A stretch of DNA of 64,000 nt from Arcobacteraceae bacterium (lineage in GTDB: Bacteria > Campylobacterota > Campylobacteria > Campylobacterales > Arcobacteraceae). The translations under genes were made by a program, and so were the position numbers. The DNA lies in contig CBDCZH010000013.1 of the NCBI GenBank assembly GCA_965224485.1, forward strand, positions 1 to 64,000. The letters are read 5' to 3'. The notes below the pieces were generated by a model, which searched no databases, was not told where the DNA came from, and worked only from the letters and a program-made list of their open reading frames with translations. The stretch's first letter is position 1, and every line of letters starts with the position of its first letter. Shown piece after piece: positions 61,735 to 64,000 of the stretch.

Positions 61735-63111
61735 TTAATATTTTATTATAAATTCAGAACCTTCAAGAGGTTTTGACGTGATTTCTAGCTTGAATTTGTG
61801 CAAATTAATGATGTTATAGACTATATTTAATCCTAAACCTAAAGAGTTATTCCAACCATTTTTAGAAACTCTATAAAATTTATTTGTAATTTTATGAAGT
61901 TCTTTTTCTTCTATTCCAATACCTTTATCTATAATAGATAAGGAATTATTTTCTAAATGTACATAAATTGTCTCTTCTGAGTATTTTAAAGCATTTTCTA
62001 TTAAGTTTGAAATAGCAATACATAATAGTGTTTCATCTGCTCTTAGGTATACCTCTTGTGCTTTAAATACTATCTCTCTTTGTTTATAAGTTATTTTTAA
62101 ATCACTTATAATATCAAGTATAAGTTTTTCTAAATTACATTTTTTTAAAACTAAACTCTCTTTTCCTTCATCTAGTTTTAAAGATAATCTTAGTCTATCA
62201 ATCAAAGCAGACATTCTATTAGAAGAAGAATGTATCTTATGTAAAAACTTTTCTTTCATGGCTTTTGGTAAATCCTCATCATTAATCAGAGTTTCACTAT
62301 AACCTGAAATAATAGCAATAGGATTTTTAAATTCATGGGAAATTGCTGAAATTATTTCATCTTTTTGTCTATTTGATAGTTTTAGCTTTGCTGTTTGTTT
62401 TAGTTTTTGTTTATCTTTTTTCTTTAATCTAAGAGCAACTTTTTTTAATAATCTTGCAATTCTGTGAAACTCTAAGGTATAGTTTGATTTTATATAAATT
62501 ATTTCATCTCTTTTTGTTAAAGCAAATAAAAACTTTAAAATACCATCTGTTTCTGCTTGAATTTTTTTAGATATAAAATATGTTCCAAATAGTAAAAAAA
62601 CCATAAAAAGTGCAAATATAGCTATTACTTGCAATGAAATTCTTAAAAAGTTTTCTTCTATGGTATTTAAATAATCTGCCATTCTTATATAATAAACTTC
62701 ATCATTAATACTAACTTTTTTTGCAATATATAAAAGATTTGTATTTAAGGTGTCTGAATAACGTATTATTTTGCCAAAACCATCATATTTAGCATGAATA
62801 ATTTCATATCTTCTTGAATGATTATCCATAGAGTTTTTGTTTTTATGGCTCTCTGCTATAACTTTTCCATCTTTATTTATAATTGTAATTCTAAGATTTA
62901 TCTTAGTTTTTAATCTTCTTATTATATTTTCAATATCATCCATTGAACTTAAAGCTACCTCAAGTGAATCAATATTTTGACTAATATTTTTTTGTGCTTG
63001 TTTGATGTAAATATTTTTTGACCAAAAATATGTTGCTGTTGAAACAGATAATAAGATAACTATAAAGATAATAATATATGTTCGTAAAAATAGTTGATGA
63101 ATTTTTAACAA
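61735..63111 (-). CDS. Sensor histidine kinase (PhoR-like)
   Basis: RITII..DG.V.AES, NH..R.EI, SHEFKNP, NLIENALKYS, D.GIGI, GLGL. Confidence 0.9.
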   Translation of the reverse strand: MLKIHQLFLRTYIIIFIVILLSVSTATYFWSKNIYIKQAQKNISQNIDSLEVALSSMDDIENIIRRLKTKINLRITIINKDGKVIAESHKNKNSMDNHSRRYEIIHAKYDGFGKIIRYSDTLNTNLLYIAKKVSINDEVYYIRMADYLNTIEENFLRISLQVIAIFALFMVFLLFGTYFISKKIQAETDGILKFLFALTKRDEIIYIKSNYTLEFHRIARLLKKVALRLKKKDKQKLKQTAKLKLSNRQKDEIISAISHEFKNPIAIISGYSETLINDEDLPKAMKEKFLHKIHSSSNRMSALIDRLRLSLKLDEGKESLVLKKCNLEKLILDIISDLKITYKQREIVFKAQEVYLRADETLLCIAISNLIENALKYSEETIYVHLENNSLSIIDKGIGIEEKELHKITNKFYRVSKNGWNNSLGLGLNIVYNIINLHKFKLEITSKPLEGSEFIIKY

Positions 63112-63785
63112 AAGATATAACCTTCCCCACGTACTGATTTTAAGTAGTTCTTTTTATTTTTAGGATCAATTTTAGCTTTAAGTCTTTTTATAGCTACATT
63201 TACAGTTTTTAGTTTTTTATCATAAGAGTCTTTCCAAACAGCTTCTAAAAGGTGTTCTCTTGAAAGTAAAATATCTCTATTTTTTACAAATTCTAAAAAT
63301 AAATCATGTTCAAGGTGGGTTAATTCTACTAAAGTATTTTCTATTAAAAAAGTTTTATTTGAAGCTTTATAAATAATATCTCTAACTTTTAATATTTCAA
63401 CTTTTTTTGAACTTCTTTTAATAACAGCATTTACTCTTGCACTTAATTCTTTTAAATTAAAAGGTTTGGTAATATAATCATCTGCATATTTATCAAAACC
63501 TTCTAAAATATCTTCGGTTTTGTCTTTTGCAGTAAGATAAATTACAGGGTTATTATAACCTTTTTGTTTTATCTCTTGTATATAATCACTTCCTTCAATA
63601 GAGGGTAAATTCCTATCCATTAAAATTAGATCAATATTCTCTTCATCTAAAACTTTTTGAACTTGTGATGTAATATTTAAAAAACCAATAGTTTCATAAC
63701 CCTCTTTTTGTAGGGTATATTCAATTAGTTCTAAAATATCTTCTTCATCTTCAACTATTAAAATTGTTTTTTTTAACAAAATCAA
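63105..63785 (-). CDS. OmpR/PhoB-family response regulator
   Basis: LIVEDE, LMDRNLP, LTAK, ADDYITKPF, SVRGEGY. Confidence 0.95.
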   Translation of the reverse strand: MILLKKTILIVEDEEDILELIEYTLQKEGYETIGFLNITSQVQKVLDEENIDLILMDRNLPSIEGSDYIQEIKQKGYNNPVIYLTAKDKTEDILEGFDKYADDYITKPFNLKELSARVNAVIKRSSKKVEILKVRDIIYKASNKTFLIENTLVELTHLEHDLFLEFVKNRDILLSREHLLEAVWKDSYDKKLKTVNVAIKRLKAKIDPKNKKNYLKSVRGEGYIFC

Positions 63786-63796
63786 ACCTCTTTGTT

Positions 63797-64000
63797 TTAA
63801 TTTCTATCCTCATCCTCTTCTTCTTTTAAGGCTTCTTTCTCTTTTCTATTACTGCCAGGTGAGAATTTTATTGCTAAAATTCTAAAAATAAAGAAGACAA
63901 AAATAACAAGTAATAAAAAGCTAATATCAAAATAATCTTTACTTTTATGAGATGCTAAAATAATTACATCTCTAATTAAAAAAATTATAAAAATATCAAT
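63797..64000 (-). CDS. 3' part of a PsiE-like membrane protein (truncated by the window edge)
   Basis: Open frame IDIFIIFLIRDVII...FIFRILAIKFSPG...*; hydrophobic; upstream of the PhoBR-like pair. Confidence 0.65.
   Translation of the reverse strand: MDIFIIFLIRDVIILASHKSKDYFDISFLLLVIFVFFIFRILAIKFSPGSNRKEKEALKEEEDEDRN

Overview
Very AT-rich chromosomal segment whose gene content and order (cdsA-dxr, ispDF-response regulator-pgpA, hisIE-SPFH-ilvE, HQWRQPL-type kinases, TGnTATAAT promoters) point to Campylobacterota, most likely Arcobacteraceae (inference). It is mostly housekeeping and metabolic: tail of a probable aryl-polyene/flexirubin-type cluster, tsaD, nnr, thiG, thiC, mrp, ribA, znuABC, metH, luxS, carbonic anhydrase, tctABC, rplM-rpsI and a PhoBR-like pair. 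It also holds an 8-tRNA operon followed by an IS30-family element and an orphan PD-(D/E)xK nuclease, a DinJ/YafQ toxin-antitoxin pair, an RTX protein, and a TorA/BisC-type reductase locus. Many single-base indels (thiC, RTX gene, dehydratase, and a dense stretch at about 37.7-43.3 kb) look like sequencing errors rather than real pseudogenes. The most interesting unannotated signals are: (1) a candidate ~70-nt sRNA carrying an anti-Shine-Dalgarno/anti-start-codon tract; (2) a tiny insertion that duplicates the tsaD start and encodes a 28-aa bridge ORF preserving ATGA translational coupling; (3) three identical 15-bp operator boxes linking ribA to znuABC, a putative zinc regulon; (4) a FrpC-like self-processing module with Thr-Pro in place of Asp-Pro; (5) a ZnuA with a ~130-aa inserted domain; (6) a regulator + family-5 binding protein + kinase module beside the S/N-oxide reductase; (7) a 132-bp palindromic MITE-like element supplying the metH stop codon; (8) an AAC-anchored 7/8-mer tandem array.
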